Source of the DNA: Candidatus Bathyarchaeota archaeon | GTDB lineage: Archaea > Thermoproteota > Bathyarchaeia > 40CM-2-53-6 | DNA: 64,000 nt | Direction of reading: 5' to 3' | Assembly: GCA_963835925.1 (NCBI GenBank) | Contig: CAWIHH010000004.1 | Location: 208,489 to 272,488 of the forward strand | Shown: positions 20,687-29,234 of the stretch, one piece after another | Numbering within the stretch: position 1 is the first letter of the stretch | How the letters are laid out: every line of letters starts with the position of its first letter | Position numbers and translations under genes: made by a program | Notes under the pieces: generated by a model | Database searches by the model: none | Told to the model about the DNA's origin: nothing | The model's input: the letters and a program-made list of their open reading frames with translations, nothing else

Positions 20687-20762
20687 CTGTTGCATGAGCA
20701 CGAAACGCCCCTCCACAGCATACGGCCAGGAGAGAGCATCATCGTTGTTGAACATGCAACAG
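20687..20762 (-). ncRNA. Conserved long 5'-leader hairpin of Mo-enzyme operon 2
   Basis: Perfect 10-bp closing stem CTGTTGCATG/CATGCAACAG plus inner stems; homologous to 3048-3132. Confidence 0.55.
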
Positions 20763-20821
20763 CAAGAATTGAGCGTGCATCCGTTAAATGTCCTTACTAT
20801 ATGCCATACTAATTCTGCTAT

Positions 20822-20862
20822 TTGTAATTACAACGCTATATTATCAACCGGTAAGATATGTA
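20822..20862 (-). promoter_or_regulatory. TATA-like box (TACATATC) plus perfect palindrome TTGTAATTACAA (20822-20833)
   Basis: Identical palindrome and spacing at 29194-29234. Confidence 0.65.
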
Positions 20863-21189
20863 CCTCGAGTAATGGGGCACACACAGCAAACGGAGTGAAC
20901 GCAGCTCATGTTGCAACCCGCTCGCCGACAAGGGTGCACGCAATAATTGGTCCAAGAGTTTCAGTGAACTATTTGCGGAAGCGCCTCGTCAAAGGTCCCA
21001 CTCCGTGAGCCTACTGCTAGCTCAGTGAGGGGTCGGGGGATTTCAACCCCGGTATGCAAGTACAGATAAGCCCAGGTCAGGGTTCCACCGCAATCTCCAA
21101 GTTCAAATTCCTCTAGTCGCACCCGCATGCCATACACACTTTCTAGGGACGAACGGCTGCAGTTTGAACTGTGTTGCCCGCGCCATTAG

Positions 21190-21532
21190 TACGACACTTG
21201 GACGGGACACATCACCAGGAAAGGATCCAAACGAGCACGATGGATCCTCGGCCAATGCGCCCAATCCACCAGACAACACGACCCTCGCATGCGAGAATTC
21301 TACGAACGAATAGAACGAAAGCATGGACCACAGAAAGCAGTCGTCGCCGTAGCACGCAAAATGCTGGCCATAATGTACGTGATGCTCATCAGAAACGAAC
21401 CCTACCACGGAGAGAAACCTCAGCTCACAGAACAAAAACATAAACGCCTCGACACATTAGCTAACAGCGCTTGCGCCACGCAGAAGACCACCCGCGAAGA
21501 CACATGCATAGTCTACAGACTTTTCATAGAGG
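21190..21532 (+). mobile_element. IS110-family transposase 3' remnant
   Basis: In-frame GHITRKGSKRARWILGQCAQ...MREFYERIERKHGPQKAVVAVARKMLAIMYVMLIRNEPY matches the IS110 C-terminus; the N-terminal DEDD domain is missing; probable end sequence gacttttcataga. Confidence 0.8.
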
Positions 21533-21715
21533 TGGTACTACTGGTGCGGAAAAAAACCGTCTGAATCACCACCACCTTGTGAAGCGACACGAATGACCAG
21601 ATTCAACTGAAGTCCAAGATGTATGAACGAAGCGTAATGTTCTGGCTGTCGACATTAGGGGCGAGAAATGTGTGTAAGAAAAATTGGGAGAATGGAAGGG
21701 TTGGGGGGGGTTGTT

Positions 21716-22477
21716 TTATCCGCTGTCGTTTTGTGTGGCTTGGATTGCTTCTGCGGCGTTTGCGGGTTTGAGTAGGGGTTTGCTGCGTCCGACTAGGCCT
21801 GTGGGCACGTCGGTGACGTCGGTGCTGCTGTTGAAGAGTGCTGGTAGTGGGTCTCTCTTGGCTAGGAGTTGTAGGGCTCTGCTCGCATTGTAGAGGATCA
21901 GAGGCGTTTTTGTTGCGTGAGGCTTGAAGATTACCGCGGGGTTGCTGGTTGCGCTGGAGGGTACGTCCTCCAGGTCGCGGTTGGTCCCGTATTTCTTCAT
22001 GAGATCATCCAGCGGACCGAAATCTACTGCCCTGAAGGGACAGGCGGTGACGCATACGGGTATCAGTCCCTGTTCGAGGCGGTCGATGCACATTGTACAT
22101 TTCGAGGCGGTAGCATCCACCCCGTCAGAATCGAATTGTATAGCTCCATAGGGACAAGCCTCCTGCGCCTTCCTCAAGTCCAAGCTTTGCGTCTTAGCCT
22201 TGTCAGGATCGATGAGCACAGCGCCGTACTTGTCTTCCTTGTACATGGCACCGTTCGCCGCGTCTACGCATACTGGGTTTTCGCAGTGGTAGCATGGGGC
22301 GAAGAGGGTGTGAACTCGGATAGTGTCGGGGAAGCTGCCTTTCTCCCATTGGAACATTCTCATCCATTTCACAGGGCCAGCCGGTATATTGTACCATGTC
22401 CTGCATGCGACGGAGCATGCCCTACAGTCGCCGCATCGGCTTTGATCGAAGAAGAAACCATACTGAACCATTCTCAC
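21716..22477 (-). CDS. DmsB-like Fe-S beta subunit (3x[4Fe-4S])
   Basis: Same Cys groups as 17115-17915 and a close paralog of it. Confidence 0.9.
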   Translation of the reverse strand: MRMVQYGFFFDQSRCGDCRACSVACRTWYNIPAGPVKWMRMFQWEKGSFPDTIRVHTLFAPCYHCENPVCVDAANGAMYKEDKYGAVLIDPDKAKTQSLDLRKAQEACPYGAIQFDSDGVDATASKCTMCIDRLEQGLIPVCVTACPFRAVDFGPLDDLMKKYGTNRDLEDVPSSATSNPAVIFKPHATKTPLILYNASRALQLLAKRDPLPALFNSSTDVTDVPTGLVGRSKPLLKPANAAEAIQATQNDSG

Positions 22478-22485
22478 TCAACCTC

Positions 22486-25125
22486 CTAACTATACTTAGC
22501 CACCTGCACTAGGCCGGCGCTGTTCATGGTCAAGCAGAGCGGGTAAACATCGTTGCAGTGAACGTTCACCGCGCCTTGAAGATCAACCCCGTCCGGCATC
22601 AATGCCGTTTTGACGCCGCCGCGAGTGTACCAGCCTCCATGGTATATTTCCACACCACCCGGCGTTATTCTACTAGTCACGTACGCATGCATCACAGACT
22701 CACCTAGGGAACTGGATACTAGGACCAGATCGTTATCCTTTATTCCACGAGCCTTCGCATCTGCCACGCTAAGCCACACCGCATGCCTATACTCGTCCCT
22801 CAGCCAAGTATTGTCGTAGTGAAGTGAATGCTGCCGATATACGCAGTGGGTTGAGTAGAGAGACAGAGGCCATTTGGCAACATCCGGGTCCTGCGTTCCC
22901 CCTCGAGCATTCATCCCGTTCTTGTAGTACCACGCCCACTTAGGCATAGGCGCGAAGGCTGTACCGTAAGAGTTTAGGTAGTAATGGGTGTGCAAATACT
23001 TGCCCGCAGGCGGAGCCGTGGCAGTATCCAAGTACTTGGAGAAGAACTCGATCTTGCCCGAGTCAGTTGGAAAGCCCTTCCCTTGCCCTATATTGTCCAT
23101 CATTGAATAGTATGGTTTGTCTATTGGGACTCGGAATATTGGTTTCTTGTTGAAGTCGTCCCAGCTTGGCGGGTTGAACGGTGCAATGTCTGGTCTCGCG
23201 CTCCAAGTCTGATAAGCTGCCTTATTCAGTCCATCTAGGGTTGAATACCACTGCGCGATGGATACATTCTGCATGGTGGCGTTCCACTTGTCCCCCACGC
23301 CCAGCATGTTAGCTATCTGCTGTTGTACCCAGGCACGTGGCCTACATTCTCCAGGCGGATCTATGCTTTTCTGACTGTAGCCCAGCGTGTTGTTCATCAT
23401 GGCTCCTGCGTAGAATCCCTTTACGTTCTCGAATTCCTCTATGGATTCGGGCAGTATGATATCGGCATATTTTGTTGATGGTGCAGAGGTCGAAAGATAG
23501 CCTGTCTGCAACCACATGAAATCCAACTTCTTAATCATTCTAATTTGCTTGTTCATGTCCTCGGCGTTGTTCACCTTGTTCGAAGTAGGGTTGTATATTC
23601 TGACGTTGGGCAGAGGGTCGCCAGGCTTACCTCCTGTTAACTTGTAGAAGTCGTCCTTGCTCAACTGACCATTGTCCAATTGCTCTCTTAGGAGAAACAC
23701 GTCACCTGTTGCCTTAGGGGCACAGATCAGTTCTGGGAGCACAGGGGATGGCGCTCTGTTGTACGCTATGGCAGGCACTGAAACGCGTCTCGCAGCACTT
23801 GAGGTGCCTCCAGTTCCCCATGTCGTTCCTGGGATTCCCACGTTCCCAGTCATCGCGGACAGGAAGTCGAGCGCTCTGGAGGTGTCTTCACCGAACTGAA
23901 GTCTGCCAATATTGAGGGTTACCTTGAGGGCGACGGGTTTGCTCTTCCCCCATAATTCGGCGAGGGCTCGGGTTGTTTCAGCAGGTATTCCTGTGATGGT
24001 TTCAGCCCATTCAGGAGTCTTGTCCACTTTGTCATCCGAATTGCCGAGCACGTAGTCCTTGTATTTCTGTAGGCCCGTGGGTTCAATCCATTTGGAAGCG
24101 AAAGTCTGGTCGACCAGGTTCTCTTTGAATAGAACGTTGGCGATCGCCAAGGCCATTGCTGTGTCTGTGTTTCTTCGGATGGGTATCCATTGATCAGCGT
24201 ATATCTCAGCATCCATCGTGTATCTAGGATCAATTAGAATAATCTTCATTCCTCTGTCCTTTGCGAGCGAGAGGTAGTAGGTGTTCGCCGATGGGTAGTT
24301 TTCTGACGGGTTCCATCCCCAGAAGATCATCAGCTTGGTGTTGAACATGTCAGGGAGTTCATTTCCAACGGCTGCTCCTCCCCATGTGCTTGACCCCCAG
24401 ATCCAGCCGTTTGCTTCTACAATCGAACCTTGAGATGCGTTGCCAAAGGCAAAGAATCCCAGTCCGTAGTAGCTCATGGGGCTCGATCCAGAAAACTCGG
24501 CAACTCCAGCGTACAGCGAGTAGGGGCCGTACTTGTCTTTGGCTTGTTTGATGTTCTGCACGACCGTGTTCAGTGCTTCGTCCCAGGTTATTCTAACATA
24601 GTTGCCTGAGCCTCGTGGGCCGACGAGTTTCATGGGGTAGATGATTCTGTTAGGGTTGTACACGTCTTTAGTCCAACCCAGAGCCATCGGACAACTGTTT
24701 CGCGCTTGCACAAGGCCTTTGTTTATCGAATCCTGGGTCATGTAGGCGTCTTCTCGACCCAGGTTCTTGTTCACGGTGTCGTCACCTGGTTCTATTGCGG
24801 TTATAGCGCCGTTCTTCACGTGAACCTTCAACATTGCGTTACAATTCGTACACCCGTTAATGACACAATTCATGTAGGAGTACGTCTCACCCGAATGAAT
24901 GTCAATAAGCTGCTTCTTGATCACATCCACACGCGACGCAATCTCAGGGCTTAAGGGCGGTTTGAGGCTGATGGGCGGTGGAGGTGGCGGCTTCATAAGC
25001 GCGCTGCCGCCATATTCTGCAACCGCACCTACCACAGCAGCCGCAGCCAATGCCCCAGTCCATTTGAGCATTGAACGTCTACTAACTTTCTTATCAGTAA
25101 CCTGTTCCTTATTCCCTTCAGACAT
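22486..25125 (-). CDS. Tat-signal DmsA-like molybdopterin oxidoreductase catalytic subunit
   Basis: SRRSMLK; CVINGCTNC...NSCP; RIIYPMK; GNASQG putative Ser ligand; IFWGWNP; IDPRYT; ADIILP; TDSGKIEF. Confidence 0.9.
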   Translation of the reverse strand: MSEGNKEQVTDKKVSRRSMLKWTGALAAAAVVGAVAEYGGSALMKPPPPPPISLKPPLSPEIASRVDVIKKQLIDIHSGETYSYMNCVINGCTNCNAMLKVHVKNGAITAIEPGDDTVNKNLGREDAYMTQDSINKGLVQARNSCPMALGWTKDVYNPNRIIYPMKLVGPRGSGNYVRITWDEALNTVVQNIKQAKDKYGPYSLYAGVAEFSGSSPMSYYGLGFFAFGNASQGSIVEANGWIWGSSTWGGAAVGNELPDMFNTKLMIFWGWNPSENYPSANTYYLSLAKDRGMKIILIDPRYTMDAEIYADQWIPIRRNTDTAMALAIANVLFKENLVDQTFASKWIEPTGLQKYKDYVLGNSDDKVDKTPEWAETITGIPAETTRALAELWGKSKPVALKVTLNIGRLQFGEDTSRALDFLSAMTGNVGIPGTTWGTGGTSSAARRVSVPAIAYNRAPSPVLPELICAPKATGDVFLLREQLDNGQLSKDDFYKLTGGKPGDPLPNVRIYNPTSNKVNNAEDMNKQIRMIKKLDFMWLQTGYLSTSAPSTKYADIILPESIEEFENVKGFYAGAMMNNTLGYSQKSIDPPGECRPRAWVQQQIANMLGVGDKWNATMQNVSIAQWYSTLDGLNKAAYQTWSARPDIAPFNPPSWDDFNKKPIFRVPIDKPYYSMMDNIGQGKGFPTDSGKIEFFSKYLDTATAPPAGKYLHTHYYLNSYGTAFAPMPKWAWYYKNGMNARGGTQDPDVAKWPLSLYSTHCVYRQHSLHYDNTWLRDEYRHAVWLSVADAKARGIKDNDLVLVSSSLGESVMHAYVTSRITPGGVEIYHGGWYTRGGVKTALMPDGVDLQGAVNVHCNDVYPLCLTMNSAGLVQVAKYS

Positions 25126-25431
25126 TGTTCTAATCTCTATTCTGTTTGTGTTATGCATGACCGCAATCGAGTCTGATCCTTCACAGCCTAGGCTCTGAAG
25201 GAGAGAAGATCATCGTTGTGGATCAGGCAACAACAAGAACAACGTATGGATCAGATATATGACTGCGCTACGTACAGAAAATGCCACTACATGTTGTAGT
25301 GACAACGAAGCTACCAATAGGTAACGTATATACTTCTTCACAGGAAAGCACACAACAAGCAAACTGAGCCTGACGCCGCTTTGACCGCATCGCAAGAGTT
25401 TCCTGTTGAACGATAGCGGTGCACCGAAAAA
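25055..25431 (-). repeat. Copy 2 of the ~378-bp promoter/leader/Tat cassette
   Basis: Reverse complement of 2849-3227; contains operator TTGTAGTGACAA at 25294-25305. Confidence 0.95.
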
Positions 25432-25824
25432 AGGAAACGGGACTCTGGCCGACTCAACCTCGGGAGTATTAGGTCAAAGGGTACTTTGTCGCACCTGATC
25501 CTAGCTCACTGATGGGGCAGAGGATTTCAACCCAAATCTACCGGTACATATAGAGTAGGCCAACGATGCGCATATATGCTAAATCGCAATTCAACTCGTG
25601 AAACCCGCGCTTCACAACGCATGCTGAAGTTGGAAAAGACATCAGTCTAGCGACTGACAATTGGCTTGCTTACCTCATCGGAAGTCAGTTTCTGAAGATT
25701 TCAGCCGCAGATCTTCAGAGACAGTACAGGGAAAGGGTTGTGGAAATCGTTTCTTGCTGAATGAAAAAAAGAAGAAAACGAGGGGTTGGCGCCGAATTGA
25801 CTTCGACGCCTTGAACGGGTTGAT

Positions 25825-26397
25825 TTATGGTAGTCCTGCGTAGTAGACTTTTGGCACTGTTCCAAGTTCTGAATTGAGCACGCTGGCTTTCATGCTGGTT
25901 ACGGAGGAGCCTAGGGCGGTGTCGTCTCCGATCGTGATGGCCTGTGTTGGGCATGCGTTTACGCATGCAGGTTGCAATCCCTTGTCAAGTCTGTGCGCGC
26001 AGAGCGTACACTTCTGGGGAATCTGGAGCTGATCATTCCAGAAGACTTTCCCGTAGGGGCATGCGTCAACGATCTGCTTCTGTCCCTTACTTTTACCCAG
26101 ATCGAAGAGCACAATCCCGTCAGGACGCATATAGGCGGCGCCATTCTTAGCCGCTGCGACACATGGAGGCTTGTCACATAACATGCAGGGCTCAGCGATG
26201 TACTTGACTTTAGTCGACACGTCAACAGCCTTACCTGACTCCTTCTCAACCACGGACACCCATAGATGCCCCGAGTCAGGTTGCGCAGCCGAATAAGGCG
26301 GCCAGTCGTTCTCCACAAACTGATCCTTGCACGCGATTGTGCAGACGTTGCATCCGATACATCGGGTTATGTCAATTAGAAGCGCGTAACGAGTCAT
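25825..26397 (-). CDS. Transhydroxylase-small-subunit-like Fe-S protein lacking the C-terminal beta-sandwich
   Basis: CIGCNVCTIAC; ENDWPPYSAAQPD shared with 5834-6649; ends at KVYYAGLP. Confidence 0.9.
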   Translation of the reverse strand: MTRYALLIDITRCIGCNVCTIACKDQFVENDWPPYSAAQPDSGHLWVSVVEKESGKAVDVSTKVKYIAEPCMLCDKPPCVAAAKNGAAYMRPDGIVLFDLGKSKGQKQIVDACPYGKVFWNDQLQIPQKCTLCAHRLDKGLQPACVNACPTQAITIGDDTALGSSVTSMKASVLNSELGTVPKVYYAGLP

Positions 26398-26401
26398 ATC
26401 T

Positions 26402-29050
26402 CTATCCCACCCACTTCTCCACCTGCGCTAAAGTAGAATTGAAACCTGCCACGTAAGCATGCGGCGACATCCCCTCATTCGACGTTAGACAGTTCACGTT
26501 ACCGCCCGTATCTATGGAGTCCACGTTTCCAGGAGTCGCAGGCTTGTACCAGGACCCCTCAGCCACCCGAACCACACCTTTCACTATCCTTTCAGTAAGG
26601 TGTGCGTAGCAGAGGATTTGGCCTCGGTCGTTGAATATTCTCACGACATCTTGCTCTTTGATTCCCCGTGCACTAGCGTCCGCCGGGTTGATCCACATAG
26701 GCTCGTACCCTTTGTACTTGTAGAGGTCTAACATCCATGGCACGTTGCCCCATTGGCCATGCAATCGGAACTTGATATGTGCGGTATTCACCTGTAATGG
26801 GTACTTGGCCATGAGTGGGCTTGATCTTCCTTCGGGGTCTGGGAAGTAGTGTGGTACAGCGCCTATTGCGTTACTGTTCTCGCCGTACTGGTCAGCTAAC
26901 ACCTTGGAGTAGATCTCGATCTTTCCTGAAGGAGTATTGAGCCCATTGGAAGGTCCTGTTATAGAGTCTCCTGTTTTCTGGTAGAACCATCTAAACGCCG
27001 TGTTAGGGGTGTAGTCACTAGGTAACTGAAAGATATAGTAGCCTTTGGCCTTGAAAGCTTCCCACGAAAGGGGCACGCTGCTCGTCTTATACATCTTCTC
27101 TAGCCACATGTCCTCAGTATTGCCTTCAGTGAACTTGTCTGCAAAGCCAAGCCGGTCTGCGATCTCAGTGAGGATCGCCCAGTCAGTTTTCGACTCGTAG
27201 AGGGAGTCTATGAGTGCACGCTGGTAAACTACAATTCTGTTGCTTAGTTCACCGGGGCCGCGCGCTGCAGCTACCTCTGTGAGGTCGTTTCGTTCAAACT
27301 CTGTGTTGGCGGGTAGAATTATGTCAGCAAACATCGCTTCAGGTTCATCCACGTAGATTGTTTCAAGGACAAATAACTCGATCTTTGGACTCTGGTAGGC
27401 TTTGCCATATGTGTGTCCTCGGGCGGTCCCTCCGAAGACGCTTGCGCCATACCTCCATACCATTTTGATCTCCGAGTTCCCGGGCATCGGATAAGTCCAT
27501 GGTTGGAAGATTTCCTGCGGCCCTACATGAATCCAGGTGCCTCCCTTCCATGTCAGCGGCGGGTTCTTTGTAAAATCGGTAAGGATGGCTGCAGGGAAAT
27601 TGAAATACTGTACTTTTTGCTTCACGAGGTTCGGCGGGTTGCTGGCTGCTACGCTGGTGAAGCTTATACTATATCCTGGCGGCGGTTTTTGTCGCACATT
27701 ATCGCTTGGTGCACCAGTGGTTGAACTCCAGATGCTTACACCAGGTTTGCCGAGACCCTGCATCGCTATTAGAGTTATGAGCGCTCGTGCCCACTCGTGC
27801 GCGTAGGCTGTTCTGCAGGCGCCGGAATTATAGGCTACAAGACTGGTGGGTTTTGAGGCCCATTCTCTGGCTAGGTTGGTTATGGTTTGAGCGTCTATGC
27901 CTGTGATCTTTGAAGCCCAGTCGGGCGTTCTATCGATTACTCCGTCCACCCCGGGCGCCTTGCCGAGAACATAGTCGCTAAATTTGTCGAAGCCGATTGT
28001 GTGTGCGACAACATACTGTTTGTCGTAAGTGCCTTCTTTGATCCACACGTTTGCGATTGCCAACGCCATCGCAGTATCCGTGGATTGTATGATTGGGATC
28101 CACTGGTCACAGTAAAGCGCGGCGGTGTCACCGTAGAGCGGGTTGATGGAGACCATCTTGATCCCCACCTGCTTCATCCAGAAGTTCCAATTAGCTGGGT
28201 CGTGCCCTCTGTACATGATTTCAACAGTTCGAGGGTCAGTTCCCCAAAATATCACCATTTTGCTATTCTGGAGTGTGTCTGCCAGCAGGTCGTCTTGATC
28301 GCCCTCCCCTTGGGCCCATTCGAACCCCCAAATGAAGGGGGCTCCGTACATCCATCCTGACCAGCTGTTGCCGTCTGACATGCGCTCTACGAAGCCGCCA
28401 TTGAGGCAGAAGAACCTGTCGAAGGCTGGGCCATACTGGAATGACCCCCAATCTTTGTGAGCTGAACCCCATTCACATATGGCTGAGTTTCCGTAGGTGC
28501 CCTTTATTCGCTTCATTTCATTCGCGATAGTGTCGAACGCTTCTTGCCATGTGATGCGTACGAATTCGCCTTTGCCTCTATTTGAGACGTCGCCCTTGCC
28601 ACCTGGGACGAAGCCCACCCGTTTCATCGGGTATCTCATACGGTCTGCTGCATAGACCTTCCTCCGGAACGACATTGCGTTTTGAGCGAGGGGAATTCTT
28701 CTTTGTGGGGTGAAGCTCTTGCCTCCGGCAGTTATAGTCCAAGGTTGGGCTTCGCTCGCAGGATATTCGAAGGGCTCTATCCAAGTTATTTTGCCGTTTC
28801 TTACATGGACGAAGAGTGGTCCGCCCGTCGTTGTTGTCACTAATACTTGCTCTTCCGCAACTGGAACACTTTGAGTGGTGGTCTGTGTAAATTCGGTAAT
28901 GGGTCGCAGTAGTTGGTTTGTCTCGTAGCCTGCGCCTATGCCTGCCACGGCGGCGGCTGCGAGTGCTCCTGTCCATTTGAGCATTGAACGCCTACTGACC
29001 TTGTTATCCGAAACTGATTCTTTATTCTCAGACAATTTCTTAATCCTCAT
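26402..29050 (-). CDS. Tat-signal molybdopterin oxidoreductase, pyrogallol transhydroxylase large-subunit-like (second paralog)
   Basis: SRRSMLK; TTTGGPLFVHVRNGKI; DGNSWSGWMYG; ACRTAYAHEWAR; probable start TTG at 29035. Confidence 0.9.
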   Translation of the reverse strand: MRIKKLSENKESVSDNKVSRRSMLKWTGALAAAAVAGIGAGYETNQLLRPITEFTQTTTQSVPVAEEQVLVTTTTGGPLFVHVRNGKITWIEPFEYPASEAQPWTITAGGKSFTPQRRIPLAQNAMSFRRKVYAADRMRYPMKRVGFVPGGKGDVSNRGKGEFVRITWQEAFDTIANEMKRIKGTYGNSAICEWGSAHKDWGSFQYGPAFDRFFCLNGGFVERMSDGNSWSGWMYGAPFIWGFEWAQGEGDQDDLLADTLQNSKMVIFWGTDPRTVEIMYRGHDPANWNFWMKQVGIKMVSINPLYGDTAALYCDQWIPIIQSTDTAMALAIANVWIKEGTYDKQYVVAHTIGFDKFSDYVLGKAPGVDGVIDRTPDWASKITGIDAQTITNLAREWASKPTSLVAYNSGACRTAYAHEWARALITLIAMQGLGKPGVSIWSSTTGAPSDNVRQKPPPGYSISFTSVAASNPPNLVKQKVQYFNFPAAILTDFTKNPPLTWKGGTWIHVGPQEIFQPWTYPMPGNSEIKMVWRYGASVFGGTARGHTYGKAYQSPKIELFVLETIYVDEPEAMFADIILPANTEFERNDLTEVAAARGPGELSNRIVVYQRALIDSLYESKTDWAILTEIADRLGFADKFTEGNTEDMWLEKMYKTSSVPLSWEAFKAKGYYIFQLPSDYTPNTAFRWFYQKTGDSITGPSNGLNTPSGKIEIYSKVLADQYGENSNAIGAVPHYFPDPEGRSSPLMAKYPLQVNTAHIKFRLHGQWGNVPWMLDLYKYKGYEPMWINPADASARGIKEQDVVRIFNDRGQILCYAHLTERIVKGVVRVAEGSWYKPATPGNVDSIDTGGNVNCLTSNEGMSPHAYVAGFNSTLAQVEKWVG

Positions 29051-29057
29051 TTCTTTT

Positions 29058-29121
29058 GTTGCCCTATCATCACCCGGCCTAGTCCTTCACTTGATGAGGC
29101 TACGTGGGTGAGCAAGGCAAC
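29058..29121 (-). ncRNA. Long 5'-leader hairpin of Mo-enzyme operon 4
   Basis: GUUGCCU/GGGCAAC, UCACCC/GGGUGA and GCCU/AGGC stems; same position relative to the start codon as in the other paralogs. Confidence 0.5.
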
Positions 29122-29193
29122 GTGTGCGCATCCCTTGTGCAGAGGATAAGACACTTTACCAATTACTCTATCAAGTGGTATGGATTCTGCCAA

Positions 29194-29234
29194 TTGTAAT
29201 TACAACTCGATGTTACCAACCGGCAAGATATGTA
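29194..29234 (-). promoter_or_regulatory. TATA-like box plus TTGTAATTACAA palindrome (29194-29205)
   Basis: Homologous to 20822-20862. Confidence 0.65.
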
